A stretch of 63,413 bases of DNA, the filler included, from Collodictyon triciliatum (taxonomy: Eukaryota): NCBI GenBank assembly GCA_043381765.1. It is 7 parts of 7 records of this genome, joined end to end, with 100 filler letters (N's around TTAATTAATTAA, not from the genome) between each part and the next. Parts side by side here need not be neighbours in the genome. Positions count along the whole stretch, not along the records: positions 30,486 to 40,533 come from JBHJMP010002808.1; positions 40,634 to 50,683 come from JBHJMP010002809.1; 5 more parts are not named here. The stretch is one strand, 5' to 3'. This document shows, piece after piece, positions 34,201 to 50,683 of the stretch; the stretch's first letter is position 1, and each line of letters begins with the position of its first letter. The notes under the pieces were generated by a model that was not told the DNA's origin, made no database searches, and saw nothing but the letters and a program-made list of their open reading frames with translations. Made by a program: the position numbers and the translations under genes.

Positions 34201-37200
34201 CCACCTAACGTACTCATTCTCATGTTAGTGACCATTCATTCCTTTCCAATAACCATTAGTCTGGGAGCCACTTTTCTATGTCGGCCTTTTCTCTGCAAGT
34301 TTATCATCAGCCGTTGGTTCTCTTATCACTGCACCTCGTGTCTTCCAGGTTGATACAGCCATTTACAGACTTAATGTTATAAGATAAAGAATGATGCACA
34401 CACATATATAGTGTTTCTCCACTGTTATAATATTGGTTATTTTGGGTGCTAAAAGCGGATGGATAATTTTTAAAGGCAATTTGCAACGATGGCTTGTTCC
34501 CTCCCCTGTCAATCTTTGGGAAGGGGTTTGTAAAACCTTTTCCTTCAAACAAATCGCAATACATAAGACGGAAATGAGCCGAAGGAAATAACTAAGCAAA
34601 TCCTATAAAACAATATAGTGGAATTTTCTTTTTAACTTATTGGTAGCTCAGCGTAAACAAACAACAATATCACTCGCAGATTTGGAAAAAACAGCGAGCC
34701 TGTATATGCAACACTTCTGGCTTTTGCAATATCGATTGCGTTCATTCTTATTAGTGCGTATTTTCTTACCTCCAATGCTATCCAAATAATCAATCTATAT
34801 AATAAAAAATTTTATACTGATATGAGCCTGAAAATCCGAACTAGATAACCTGAATGTCATATCAACCCTCGTTACGCTATTCTTCTTGATTTCATACAGC
34901 ATCGTGAATTATGCCTGTTTCGTGGCGTCAGCTTCCAGGTCTTTTGCGAACACTATAAATTGTTCATGTGTGACAAAGTCAATACTAATAAACACATGGA
35001 CATTTAGCTCTCCAGGGTGGAGACCTGCTTTCAAATACTTCCATCCTATCACCGCTCTGATTGGATGTGCACTTACAGTAGCTGTGATGTTCTTGATTGA
35101 TTGGTGTTTATTATATTTTTTCGAATACATAGTTTCATCTATGCGTCAAAAAGGAAATTTACTATTATATAATAGCGATACTACTCCCCTTTTCTTTTTG
35201 CCTTTTTTTCTCTTTTCCCTTTTTTTCTGTGAGTCAGTGTGCCACAGTCTAAGTCATCTCTTTATTTCTTTTTATAACAGGCGTATCTCTCTTGCTGTAT
35301 TGTGTATTGTCGTAGCCATTTACTATTACCTAGTCTACAAGAGCCCCGATGTCAACTGGGTATGCTCGAGCAAAAGCATAGACAGCTACCGATTTTATGA
35401 TTGAATGTTTCGAACAACACGCATCTTTTCTCACTTGCAACATCCCATACTTGAGCTTAATTTAAGCAATACTGATGATGAACATTCATGGCTATCATAA
35501 CTTAGTTGGATTGAAGGAAAAAAATATATTACAAAAAAGAAAGCCCCTGTTCTGAGCCCAATTTTTCTGCAGGGCTCTGCTCGTTCAGCCAAGCAATACG
35601 TGGACACACTTGAGATGTCGTATAAACTTCAAGCAGAGAAAAAACACGTCAAGAATTTCAGGTTATCTCTTTTATACACGATTTTTTTTAAATCACAAAT
35701 TAATTTCCAAGAAATTCGAATTATTACTATTATGACTATTACTTTATCTTTACCATTTATCGTTTTAATCCTTGTTATTCTATAGACCCCAGCTCCTAGT
35801 CTTGTCAGGAAGTCCTTACGAGCGAGTGCAAATGATCAAATTTTGCTCTCAAATCACTGGGAACGGTGTGATGATTCTAGAAAATATTGTCTTGGGCGAC
35901 TTCAGCAACAGGTTATTTCCATATCATTCATTCAGTATGAACTCAGCATCTTACTTGGATACTGAGCATCAGATATTACTCTATTCCAATTTATGCATAG
36001 CTATATTTGAATCTAATAAAGAGGAAAAATATGCAATCATGTTATCGAAATATTCAAGTTCCGTTCTCCTTACCAATACGGTGCTTATTCCAGGAGGGAT
36101 GAGTTCAACGTCCTACGTGCAGAATTTCAGGATTATCTCAATCGCTCCAAGGTATATATGTCAGCCGATGTTTCTTTCGACGGCATTTGATAGTTCATTA
36201 TGAGATAAAAGATAAGTAGTTTTTCATTCTCTCATCCGTGTTGCGGATTGCCAGATGCATGCGTTCTTTGACGTCTGTGTAGCCCCCTCATATCAAGCTG
36301 GGTTACGGAGCATGCTACAACTGAGCGGTCTCGGCGGAATCCGACCGAATACTGTGGTGATGGGGTGGAAAACAGAATGGGCCACCAGGTGCTGTTTAAT
36401 GCCTTCATCGAACTTATTTTTTTTTTATAAAAAAATAATACACATATTGTAGCTGTATATATCGTTACTTTCATGACACAAATTATTTAATATCATATCT
36501 CCTCACAGCAACCAGAGCGAAATCAACGAGTACGTCGGTATGATATACGACTCATTTGAGTTTAACTTTGGTGTTGTTGTACTGCGTGACCATGCAGAAT
36601 TGTATGATTTCCGGGCTGCGAGAGAGAAGCGAATTGATATTTGGTGGTTGGCTGATGACGGAGGTACATTATTTACCGATTATGTTTTTGATGGAGAAGT
36701 TGTCCCCTTTGCTCAATTTCAAAGACTGTCATATTGTTAAATGCATTTGTTCACGCCGTCAGGACTCACCATGTTGTTGCCCTACCTACTTCGCAAAAAC
36801 CCAGATTGGAAACAATGTCGCATGCGCCTTCTCATGATTGGGTAGTTTTTCTAACCTAATTTACTTTATCCGAGCTTCTTCTTTTCAAAACTTTTTATCC
36901 AATGTCTTGTGTAGTTTTTTTGAGTGCATTTTTTTTTTTACGGGTTTCAATAAAAGGCAATATGATACCGATATTATATTATTCTTAAAAATTCTTCCAG
37001 CACTGCACAAGGAAATAAAATTGAAGAGCAGGCTCGTATGGCTCGTCTCTTGAGCCGATTCCGTATTAAAGCGGAGCCTGTTTACATCGAAAACTCAAAG
37101 ACGGCAACACAGCCATTGCCTGAGACTCTCCGTCGCCACAATAAACTGGCTGGGCGTCGCAAGAAAGGTGAAGTTTCGATTAATATTCAGGTGGAGTGGC

Positions 37201-37932
37201 GATTCGTTTTCCGTTCAAAAGTTGCAGAGTTTTAATTTTTTTCCAAACATTAAATAAATAGATGCTGCACCTATTATCCCGACTGTCATCACAGACAGGG
37301 TAGGTTTTTGACCGTGCTCTCTTAAATGTAACATACTGAAATCAAATGGCAAAAGTGCTAAAATTGTGCCTTGTTCCTATTTCTCTTTCAATGATTTTTT
37401 TTATTTATCTATATCAACTTTTCAGCTTCGTCGCTACATGAAAATCGGAGAAATTGTGCGAGAGCACTCGTCTGAGTCCAACACTGTGTTCATGTGAACC
37501 CTTTCTTCGCAATACCAGAAAATTAATTTTAAGACAAGATTTTGATAACTGATTTATCATTCTTAACTCTTTTAAGAATTACCTAGACGAAATAACAAAA
37601 AGAAATAACAAAAAGAAATAACAAAAAGAAATAACAAAAAGAAATAACAAAAAGAAATAACAAAAAGAAATAACAAAAAGAAATAAAAACTGAAATAACA
37701 AACTGAAAAATAAGAATAAAAGAATAAATAGGGCAGAGTAACAAAGAACAAATGAAAAAAAAAGGCAATAAACACTTATCTCACTCATTGTACAACTAGC
37801 ACCATGCCCGTCCCCACAACGTTCAGCGACGCAAATGAATACATGTCAATGCTGGAAACGATGTCTTATGGACTCCCTCCGACCATTCTGCTGCGTGGCA
37901 ACCAAGAAAACGTTCTGACCTATGACCTTTAA
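31276..37932 (+). CDS. SLC12 family cation-chloride cotransporter, about 25 exons
   Basis: [143 protein letters not shown] and [18 protein letters not shown]. Start uncertain; possibly ATG AAT G|GT at 30749. Confidence 0.95.
37590..37685. repeat. 13-bp tandem repeat (GAAATAACAAAAA)n in the last SLC12 intron
   Basis: About 7 near-perfect copies. Confidence 0.85.
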
Positions 37933-38919
37933 GGCAGACCACACCATGCCAACACTTCCCTCATTCTTCCTGCTGTGCTGGATTCAAATGACTTCCAGAA
38001 CCCAGATTATCAATGAAGGGCAATAAAAAAAAATAAGATTTAAGCGATGTCGGCAAGGAGAAATAAGGAGGGAAACAGAAATACTGAACGGGAGAATGAT
38101 GCCCAACGACGGATAATGGCTCGGGTAAGTTAAACCATTCGGTGTGGCACAGAGCATCAACATAAAATCCAGATATATAAACCAGATTAGGATAATAAGC
38201 AAGTATGTCCTTTTTTGTATTTTGGGCGATGCAATAGCCTCAGCCGCTAAACATTAGCCAACGGAGCGGCCAAGTCTGCCAAACGAAGTGTTTTGAGTTG
38301 TCACGGCCTTCCTCGTTTTCGGTGCGTCCATTCCAACAACAAACGAGCGAATGCGCATCCAGCAAGAGACAACTGAGAACTCCCGTAAGCAAGCGACTCT
38401 TTATTCTTCTGTTTTCCTTCTCTTCTTCTTCTCTTATTCCTGCTCTGCTCTGCCAGAGATAAGCCGGGTCCAAACAAGTCGAACCTTTATCGCGAATGAC
38501 TGGGCCGCTTTCGACCTTTTGGGTTACAGGATAATATTCAACACATGAACCATGGGGCTGCCCAGCGAAAAGAGTTTGGATGCGCATTAGATTGCCGAAC
38601 TATAAAGAAAAAAGAAAAGAGAAAAGAGAAAAGAGAAAAAAGAAAAAAGAAAAAAGAAAAAAGAAAAAAGAAAAAAGAAAAAAGAAAAAAAAAGAAAAAA
38701 GAAAAAAGAAAAAAGAAAAAAGAAAAAAGAAAAAAGAAAAAAGAAAAAAGAAAAAAGAAAAAAGAAAAAAGAAACTATCTGGGTTTTTTCTTGAGTTATA
38801 CCAGGACTACTTCCATTTCCTTTTCTGCCCCTGGAAAGACTTTCAATCTTACCCACATACCGTCAAAGGCTGAAAAACAAGGCCCAAATACCGACCGAGC
38901 GAGGCTACTAAAACGGAGG

Positions 38920-40300
38920 ATGTCAGAGACCACCAACCTCAGCGCGCCCGCAGCTTCGGCTACTGCTCCAGAAACACTTTTACTCAGCCCCACTGCAGAT
39001 GAACCTAAAAGAAAGTACACACTCACGACAGAGCTCCACAAGAGCCACCAAAGCACGAAACAAGATGTCAGTTATGGAACTCAACAGGTTCATCTCAATC
39101 ATTCCACACATGCACTGCCCGAAGAAGCACACGAAATATCAGACAGAGTCAATCAAAGTCAACGCCCTCGCTTCCTTCCACCGATCCAATCGCTCCACCA
39201 AAACGAGTCTGCTCAACCAGTCGTCTCGCCCCAGATGGTGTGCGGAATACCACGTACACAGTCAAACGAAAATGTGTCACAACAGGATATCCAGACACAA
39301 ACCGATTCCTCTCTAGGCCATGCAATTCACCCACTGAACAATCCAGCAACTATTGAAAAAAGCCACCAAATATATCCATCCGACTCAGATCTACCGCAGT
39401 TCTTTCGAAAAGAGGACCACCTTAGTCGTTTGGGTTTTGCTCGCAGTGATATGCAACTTCCAAATCAGCCTGATGATCCATTTAGACGGGACCGCAGGCC
39501 ATTTTCTCAAAGAGATGGAAGATCAGTCAGATATGAGGGGATGTACTCGTCAGCCTCTGGGTCGAGTGAGAGGTCAGACGGGGATTTAATGCCCCGGGAC
39601 TCAAACATGGTTTCTGATAATTGCACAAACCCACATAATTTAGATGCTGCCCTACATCCGACATATGCACGAGTGGCTCAAGTTGAAGGTCTCACTCTTA
39701 TGATTTTATGTCAATACAATTAAACACGACTTTGTGAAAAGTGGTTTTTTTTATTTGAGTATATTCTTTTTTTTTTTTTTTCGTATTCATCCTGGACCTA
39801 CATCATTCGATTTGAAATAGAGACTCTGCTATCTTCCGAGCAAAGCCCTTCTCAAAAACCCAGAAGACAGCGAGTAAGCTTCGCTGAGAAAGAAATCGTG
39901 CTTCCATCTACATCTATGCCCAGAGCCATAGTGAGACGCAATATTTTGCATTATCCAAGAAATATGACCACTATCTACATTTTTTTTTCGAAAAATAGAG
40001 ACAACAGCATGACTCATAGTTATTATTTTTCCTACAAAAGGACGTCCCAGTGGGTCAGTCTGGTAATAAAAAAGGAGCATGGAGAGACGAGCGTGAAGCT
40101 TTCATGTAAGAGATTTTCTTTTATTGTCTCTTGGAACTGTAACTAGGTCATCCTTTTAATTGTGATGAAAATAATTTCCGGATTTCGTTCGAATTGTTGA
40201 TATCACTATCGTTACATACCATCAGGGAAACAGAGAATAAATGCCTGGGAGTTGTGTTCGCACTCACAGGGCTCTTTCTATGCCTACCGTGCTTATCCTT
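38920..40300 (+). CDS. Unknown protein with long disordered first exon; probable short downstream exons including a hydrophobic Cys-containing segment (3' uncertain)
   Basis: Open frame MSETTNLSAPAAS... to a donor at about 39688. A candidate later exon reads ETENKCLGVVFALTGLFLCLPCLS. Confidence 0.55.
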
Positions 40301-40533
40301 GTGTGAAGCCTAGAGCACGATTATTTTTTTTTTTTATAGATTCTAGTCTCACAAATATGTTTTGCGTTTTTTTTTTTGTTGGTCAATCGGCCAATGTCTT
40401 TTTTTTTCTTTTAAAACAACCTGTCCTCTCTAACACGCGGGCTCTACCAAGACAATCGGTTTTTACGTCTTCTTTTTTTTTTTTTTTTTTTTTCTATTAT
40501 TTATTTATTAATTTTTTTTTTTTAGAAAAAAAA

Positions 40534-40633
40534 NNNNNNNNNNNNNNNNNNNNNNNNNNNNNNNNNNNNNNNNNNNNTTAATTAATTAANNNNNNNNNNN
40601 NNNNNNNNNNNNNNNNNNNNNNNNNNNNNNNNN
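40534..40633. other. Artificial contig spacer
   Basis: N44-TTAATTAATTAA-N44. Confidence 0.99.
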
Positions 40634-40702
40634 TTCTCTTTCTCTTTCTCTTTCTCTTTCTCTTTCTCTTTCTCTTTCTCTTTCTCTTTCTCTTTCTCTT
40701 TC

Positions 40703-40741
<39 letters not shown>

Positions 40742-40831
40742 TTTTTCTTTCTCTTTTTTTTCTTTCTCTTTTTTTTCTTTCTCTTTTTTTTTTTCGTCGG
40801 CAACTTATGCACCCCCTCTGCGTGATTCAAG

Positions 40832-42561
<1,730 letters not shown>

Positions 42562-42787
42562 TTGGCTCATCACGAGATAAAGCGATGTCATTTATATGAA
42601 AAACTAAGAGCCACTTAAACAGAGTTTTTCTTTTTAAAAAAAATATAACAGAGAGAAGATAGCCAGATATTATTATTATTTGAATTAAATTGAAATAAGA
42701 CTGAAAGAACGAAAAAAACAGAAAAAGGCAGATTAACAAACTCTAGCATTATGATATGTTCATAACTCTAACGATATATTAAGATTA

Positions 42788-42860
42788 GCCGAAATAGCTC
42801 AGTTGGAAGAGCGTAGGAATGAAGATTTTGGTGTCCTTGGTTCGATCACGAGTTTCGGCA
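42788..42860 (+). pseudogene. Degenerate tRNA-Phe(GAA), probable pseudogene
   Basis: 73 nt, GCCGAAA...TTTCGGCA. Acceptor and D stems are perfect and the anticodon is GAA. It has A32, three G:U pairs in the anticodon stem and C61 changed to A (B-box). A TTTT run lies shortly downstream. Confidence 0.8.
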
Positions 42861-43137
42861 GCCTTTCACTTTTGCTCATCCCCTTGTAACTTTTTGAGTC
42901 CTCCGTTGCCTGCGGCGCGTGATTATAAGAAGCCACTGGCATAACCACCAGATGGCTGACATCGAGCAATATATTCCTCGGTGCTGTATTACTCTCAGTT
43001 CAAGTCACCATACGTGAAATCAGAGGACGTGTACCCGATATCTAGGGTGTGTGCTCTGTGGTGCGAAATACTCTTAATTTCTTCGCCCTTTCGGAAAGTT
43101 TATTTTTTTCCTTTATCCAGTTCAAAGTGTTCCGAAA

Positions 43138-43244
<107 letters not shown>

Positions 43245-43641
43245 ATAAGCCACAGAACAAAAAGGTAGCAATGCGTGAAGTGGCTCGGATATATTAGTTG
43301 CACCGCGCCACACATATACAGCAAGATTTTATTGTTTTTCATCGTATTAAAATTATTAAATTTCTGATATGCCATCTAATTCTTCAAATGACAGGCCCCC
43401 AACAGCTCCTTTCCACCGCGACAGTGAAAAACTTCCCATCGATCTTCTTTGGTCTACAAAATTGTATGCGGAATTCATTAGCATGTAAATGAGTTGCTTA
43501 GAATGGTGTAACAGGCGTCGGTAACACAATCTTTACAGCCCACATGTACATAATAATTTGCTCTATGTAACGTCATCAGTTATAATATCCCCTGCGTCAA
43601 CTTATGCTCCTTCATTTGTTGCGTAATTGTTCTCAATTCTT

Positions 43642-44149
43642 TTAGAGCCTACTTGAGAAAGTTCCTGCTATCGGTTCAGATGAGACGGATATAAATGAAG
43701 CCCGAGATTGCAAGCGAATGGATAATTTAGGGCTCCCCTGTGATGAATACAATATATATACTTCATGTCAATTATGCAAAGAATATTGTCTTGCAGAACG
43801 TAGCCACGTTATCAACTATGTCCTTATTCGGTTTTTTTTCTTTTTGTATTTACCATAAATCCGTCAGATGTGACTGGGACATCATCTAAGCTATCCCGAA
43901 CTGATTGCGCATACTGTGAATTATTTTTAGGTTAAATACAAAATTTAAATCAAAATTTTAAAAACTTTGTTCATATTTATATTTCTTTTTGAAAAAATCA
44001 AGCAATTTCACAATTAAGATGAGTCTTTTCAATATGTATTAATTAACACCACTTAATTAACACGAATGAGCTTGCATTAACATGAGTTGTTTGGATAGAT
44101 CTTGTCGATGAATGAAACATAAAATTTAAACGTATCTTTTAATGTTATT

Positions 44150-44207
<58 letters not shown>

Positions 44208-47193
44208 GAAAAGAAACCTTTCTTCCTCTTTCGTGGGATATAAGCTGACGGTGAGAGTTAATTTCCAGTGTCCACGAATCATCATCCACGCCACTAGGAG
44301 ATGGAAAAACTCCGCAAAGATCTCCATCGAAAGAAAATACTCGAATCATCCCATCGAACGACAAACAAGCAATCGAAGAGGGTTCTTCTATATGCACAAG
44401 CCTGTATGTGTTTGGACAACCCTCTGTTACATCGTAAATCATTTAATATATGATATTAAAAGAAAAGTGGGCCGAAATCTGCTACAATAAATTAAATAAC
44501 AAAATACAGCCTCTTGGATATAATAAATTCTGCATCGTGCATTTGAAACAAATAAATTGAAAAAGGCTTTATCTTTAACCATTTGCATATATTTGATTTA
44601 TTTTTTTATTTTTTTGGTATTGTAAATGACTGACGATAAAACAGCTTCCTCGCACATAGTCCATTCTATGGATTCTATCACTTGTCGAGACAAAGCATCT
44701 GATGTCAATTGAACAAAGTAAGCTTTTCAATCAAAATGCTTCAAGGGTAATATTTTGGTTGGTAAGAAATAAAAATATCGATAGATTAAAAAAAACTTAG
44801 CGGTGTGTATAAATATAGAAATCATTGTAATGTATTAATTCATCGGTAAAATATTTAGTATTTTTTTTAATTGCTGCAAAACTTGAGGAAATAAAAATGG
44901 AATAAAAAAAAAGAAGGAACATTCATGTCAACATGACAATTTCCAACCATATGTAAGATATATTACCTGTCCCCATCGTTTGCATCCGTTGAAATATCTC
45001 TTGCCATCTTCGAGTACTATTCGCCTAGGATTATAAGTGTAACTAATAAAGACACTCGCAAGGATTTGTATATGGATGATATGTAAATTCGACTTTATAT
45101 TCTAACATCTAGAAATACTGGATCATAATAAATATGGCTACTGGAGTTTCCGAGGAAAAGCTTTGATGCACACTCTGAAGTGATCGGTTTTGAGCATACT
45201 TGGTTGAATCCATAAAGGGAAAGTGCCAAGTACGAAAGCAGCTATGCTCATCGACTAGGGCATTGTAAGTATGTTGACTCCGCTTATTCACTTTTCATTT
45301 TTTTGAATTTGAATTTGAATTTGAATTTTTTGGTTGTTTTTTTTTTTGTCACAAAAATCACTACATAGTGGTAAGATACAAAATAAAGATATGACAAAAA
45401 AAAATCAATATGAACGACCACAGCACACCATTTGTTAGTGTATTGAAAATATCTCACCAGTAAACAGCCTAAAACTTGGCTCATGGTAGTACATCCGGAT
45501 AATAGGGCAAGGATTAGAAATGTTATTTAGAAGTTGTAGTATTGGAATGTTCTTCATTGAAGCTGGGTAGGTGGTGTAAAACGAGATATGCCCCTGGTTT
45601 TAGTAGTAAATGTGAATATAAGACTTGACTATTTACTCAATCAATTTGTTCATCGCATACGCATGTTTTGGCGACAAAATACAAGACACATATACCTTTT
45701 GGGCATCTATCTACCATTAATAAGATCATTACCAGATTATCAGAACATATTAGCATAGGGCAGGATTTCATATACTCGATTGACAAAATGTCCTATAATA
45801 TACAATTTAAACAAATTGGGGGTTGTTTTTATTGTGATACAGATTTTTTTTAAAAAAAATACATTAATATCCATATGATTTATGTTTTCAAAATTAGGAA
45901 AGTTTTGAATCATCACTCATACTTTGTCTACTTTAATAACTCCTTCGCATGCCCCTTTTTGTAAATCCCAAATAAGAATATCTTGATTGGATGATGCAGA
46001 GGCAAGCAAGCAATAAGAAGCAGAATATGAGACTGCACAGATCGGTGCCTCTTGACTACAAGGAAATATATGCATATGTAAAGACTAGTGAAAAACAATG
46101 CCAAGAAAAAAAACATATGTAAAAACTATATAAAAACGATTATTCTGTTATTTGAAATGCATTTTAAATATGAACATATTTGGAAATATATAATCGAATA
46201 TGAACAAATTACACAGTTGGAATATTTTTTCCCCTTTATTCGATTCAAAGTACACAGTTCGATTATAATTACCATATGAGTGTTCGAACAGATAAATTCC
46301 TTGTTTCATCAACATCATTATGAATTTTGATTATAGAAGGCTTTTCAGATGATACAGACACCAAACCTAATTTGGTCGAATTTTATTTTGAAACATCGAA
46401 TTTAATACCACGGAATTACAAAATATCTAATCTTTTATAAATTGATATAGTTTTTATTGTTTTTTTTAATAACTTGCTTTTCATTTCTGCTGCATATATT
46501 AGAATTTGAATTTCATCATTATGATTCGATAGTTCCCTCAGGAATTGAGCGCTGTGATAGCTAAATGACTTTAAAAGGTTTATAAAGAGGATACTTTAAT
46601 AAATGAGATATATGGCATGATAATAATCATTATATACATATATGATTCCAAAGCAGGCACCCAGCAGTGCTTTAAGCAGAATGTTTATTATTTTGATAGA
46701 ACACCCTATAGTTCTAAAGGAAATGACATAGACGAAACAACTCAAATCACCTTTATGTTCCCTCGAATATCGCCTATGAATATACGCCTCTCTCTAGGGT
46801 CCAAACAGATGGATGTGATTTCATAATGTGATATATTCCTGTGAGATCTTGAAATTTTCCCAGTCTTGGCATCCCATACCTGCATCGAGAGACTATCTTT
46901 TATGGTTCTTATATTTTGAATATATGTGAAAAGTACACCCTGAAGAATAAACCTCAACTACATCAGTTCCTTCTCGCTTTTTTTTAGTACCAAAACTGAT
47001 AGCCATACATTTTTTTCTATGAAAGATACATACTATATAAATGGAAAAATGGAAATATTTATTAAGCCCCCACTTTTAGGTCGGGTCCGCTTGTTGTAAC
47101 AAAAGCAGCAGCTGAAGTATTATAGAGTAATTGCGATATTTGCACACCATCCTCAAAGATGCCTTCTTCCTTTTCCTTATGCCTAAGATGATG

Positions 47194-47289
<96 letters not shown>

Positions 47290-48792
47290 GTCATCTGCTC
47301 AATTCTAATGACAAAAAAATGTGCGCTTTCTGTTTCTTATATTCCTATATCTTTTTTGTTTCCTAATATAATTATAATTATTGTAAATGAAAATTGTAAA
47401 ATAAATGATCTTACTCGAACAGAGATATTTTTGATGTACCCGAACATGTTATGTGTGTTACAGAGGGAACACATAAGCTAGTTAATTCTTTTACCCCAGA
47501 CATGTTAAATGTTTCGATACAGCCAAAGTTTCGTCTAACGAATGATTCATTGTTATTTTTAAAATAATGTCAAGATGAATCGTAAGTCGAAAGCAGACAA
47601 CATCATAAATGCTTGCAACAAAACTGTAAGTTATTACATGTCCCAGACTTTGATGAACCCCTCTCGGTCAGCTGTTACAACTTGAGGGGAATTAGGAACA
47701 CATCTGACAGAAACCAGAGCACTCTGGTGGCCTATTATTGTTTTTAGATGATTTTGTCAAAAACTGTAGAGTTTCAATGGTAATGGGTTTCATTTAAATG
47801 CATCTTCAGATTTCTATTTGTGATAAACGCAATTGGGCATGCATCTCACCCAGTCAATCGCACTGGACCCAAATCTAAACTTTAAACATAAATATCACAC
47901 CTTTCATCTTTGCGACATGTCGATCAATAAACGGGTTCCAAACGAATACATCCTGATCAAATCCAGCACTGAGAAGCAAATTGTGGGTATGAGCAAAGGC
48001 CAATGAGGTGATGGCCTTTGTATAAAGAAGAATATGAATAAAAAATGTATTTTTTTAACGAGAACGTTGAGGCATGTAAGAATTAAAATTAAAAGGTACT
48101 AATGTAATCAAGCATTGATATTTACGCACTTTAGAATGACCTGTCAAGTTTGTTTTTGTTGCTCTTGCAACCGGATCCCATACTTTTGCCTACAAAACGG
48201 ACAATTATCTGTGGGTTATATTGGTTTGCTCGTCAAACAGAGGGCACATTAACCTAAATATATATAAAAGGGTGTGAAAAAAAAAAAGGATAAAAATAAG
48301 ACTAACCGTTGAGTCTAATGACCCCGTTATCAACAAACCCAGGTCAGTGGGCGCTACCATATCAGTGACCATATCCTTATGCCCATTCAACACGATTTGA
48401 TCTTGAAGCTGGTATTCGATGGTTTATTTGATTTCCGATTGATTGAAATATGGAATAAATAATACAGACAAAATTCAAAGTATGGTACTAATTATCTAAT
48501 TTTATGTATATTTCAATTAATTTATCTTTCAGAATAGATTAGCATATACTGTGTCCAAGTTCCAACCGTGCACGTTTCCGTTTATTCTACATTTAAGTTA
48601 AATTCCCTAAGTAACAATCTATAAACTCAAAAACGAACATTTGATCTACTTGTGAGACTTACGACCCTGAGAACAGTAGCTTGTGTCTGGAGTCCCAACA
48701 GAGGGAGGTTTGGGTAAGTGTAGTTTTTATTCTTCGACGTGGTTGAAACCCCCCAACTTCCCAAAATGTGATCCTAGATAGACCGATAGGTC

Positions 48793-48891
<99 letters not shown>

Positions 48892-50606
48892 GTAGTAAGA
48901 ATCATAATACTAATATATAAAAGTTGGTATAAAAGCAGCTCTTGTTTTTAAAAGGGTGAATCCAGCTGCCGATGAGATTCGGCTTAAATTGTTATTTTAA
49001 TGATTATGCATATGCTTTGAATTACAACTTTTTTCTTTGGTATTCTTCCGTTAATTGTACATTTATCTTACAAATTGTTAGTTGACGAAGCTACAAGGAG
49101 ACCATGTTCTGGAATATACTCTAATATATTCAAAAAAATGTAATACGTGCTTAACAACTCCGAAACAAGGAATACTTTTAGAATTTTTTTTCTAGGCTCC
49201 TTCCTTTTGTTAAAATTGATAAAGAAACTAAAAAAAAAATAAAAAATAGCTGAATGGCTGAGCATTAATCTTTTTACATGCCTGCAAAAAGGTAAGGCAC
49301 GTTCTCGTGCGGGCCAACCAAGGAATGGATGTGAGTCAAATCCTTTGATTCATATAAATAACGAAACATGATGGTAGTCATGATATATTAATTGTTTCAT
49401 CAAATTTATAACAGTAGAGGAAAACTTTTATGTAGTAATAAATATTGATTTATTTCGGTATCAAAATAGGGTACATACCTCAGAATCATACATATGAATA
49501 GTGTTGTTTTTATCTAGCGAAAAGATACACCTAAATCCATTGAAATAAAACAGCTTCTCGATATGTGCATGATGTTGTGATTCGTCAGTTTGCGCAGTCT
49601 TTACCCAACTCTATTAAGATTATAACAATAAAGTGTTTGTATAGCGTGTTTTGTCTTTCTGAAACAGAATTGGATTATGTAAAATTGTTACATCTACAAA
49701 ATTGGTTGGACAATAGGTATATCTTATGTTACCCTTTTTACGCCATCTCCATCGTTAATGTCTCTATACTGCATGCCAACTTCCATGAAGTAGTTTATTA
49801 TATCCTGACCCATAAAGCTGATTAATAATGGCAATCTGGATTAAACGGTATTGTTTATAATTTTCTCAAGTTCGGTGGATAGTCACATCAAAATGACATC
49901 TTTTAGGTAGAGTATTTCTAAACCTATGTATGTATGAAAAACATGATAACAGCTTTAAAATTAAAACGATAGATAGTATAATGCGCTTCATACATCCCAT
50001 TCAATGACACCATCGTCATCGACATCCATTTCAGAGAATAGACAGCACAAGAGCTCAATAAACCGAGATTGATCACCCATATGCGGCAAATATTTTCTCA
50101 TTATCTTTACAAACTAATATTATTTAAAGGGATTGCTTAGGTCGAAGTCGATAATAGGATAGGGATGTACATAGCATGATTTTCAGGTGAGTGGATTTAA
50201 ACATGCTATACCCTGGTGTAATAAACGTATATGAATTTTACTTGATGAATCCCAATTTTTTCATTATGTGTCTGCATAGACTCGAAATCAATCATCAGCT
50301 TGTTGAGAGCATCTGGAGTTAATTGTTTTACCAGCTCCAGTGTCGGATCTCCACCAGCTTCATAGTGTAGAGGTATTATGAGGTGGAGACACACATAAAT
50401 TCGCTATGAAGCATTCTTGGTTGATACTTTAACGAAAAATTAGACAAAGCTCTTACTATTTTTTACTCTTGTCTTTTTCTTTGAGGTAGCTAAAAATACG
50501 TCTAATGTAGGTTCCTAAATTGGTGACAATAGAGTTGAGGGTCTAACTATTTCAAAGTATTTTTTAAATAAAAAAACCAGCAAGAATATATGATATGACC
50601 AACCAT
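43642..50606 (-). CDS. EF-hand plus WD40 repeat protein (WDR49/WDR64/WDY-like architecture)
   Basis: N-terminal LFSEMDVDDDGVIEWD-DIINYF EF-hand. WD repeats LNGHKDMVTDMV...LLITGSLDST-AKVWD, LTGHSK-AITSL...LLSAGFDQDVFVWN, GHQSALVSV...VTADREGFIKVWD and ITSICLDPRERRIFIGDIRGNIKV. Start (ATG|GT at 50606) and stop inferred from splicing. Confidence 0.8.
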
Positions 50607-50615
50607 ATGGAGAGT

Positions 50616-50647
<32 letters not shown>

Positions 50648-50683
50648 CATTTTCTTCTCTTTTTTTTTTCTCCTAGAGATTTT

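Noticed and set aside
37590-37685. Tandem repeat as a possible CRISPR array or telomere
   Set aside because: No spacers, it is intronic, and it has no telomeric motif.
38545-38919. Poly-K/R/E N-terminus of the 392-aa ORF and other poly-I/Y/L/F/N ORFs
   Set aside because: These are translations of microsatellites in introns or UTRs.
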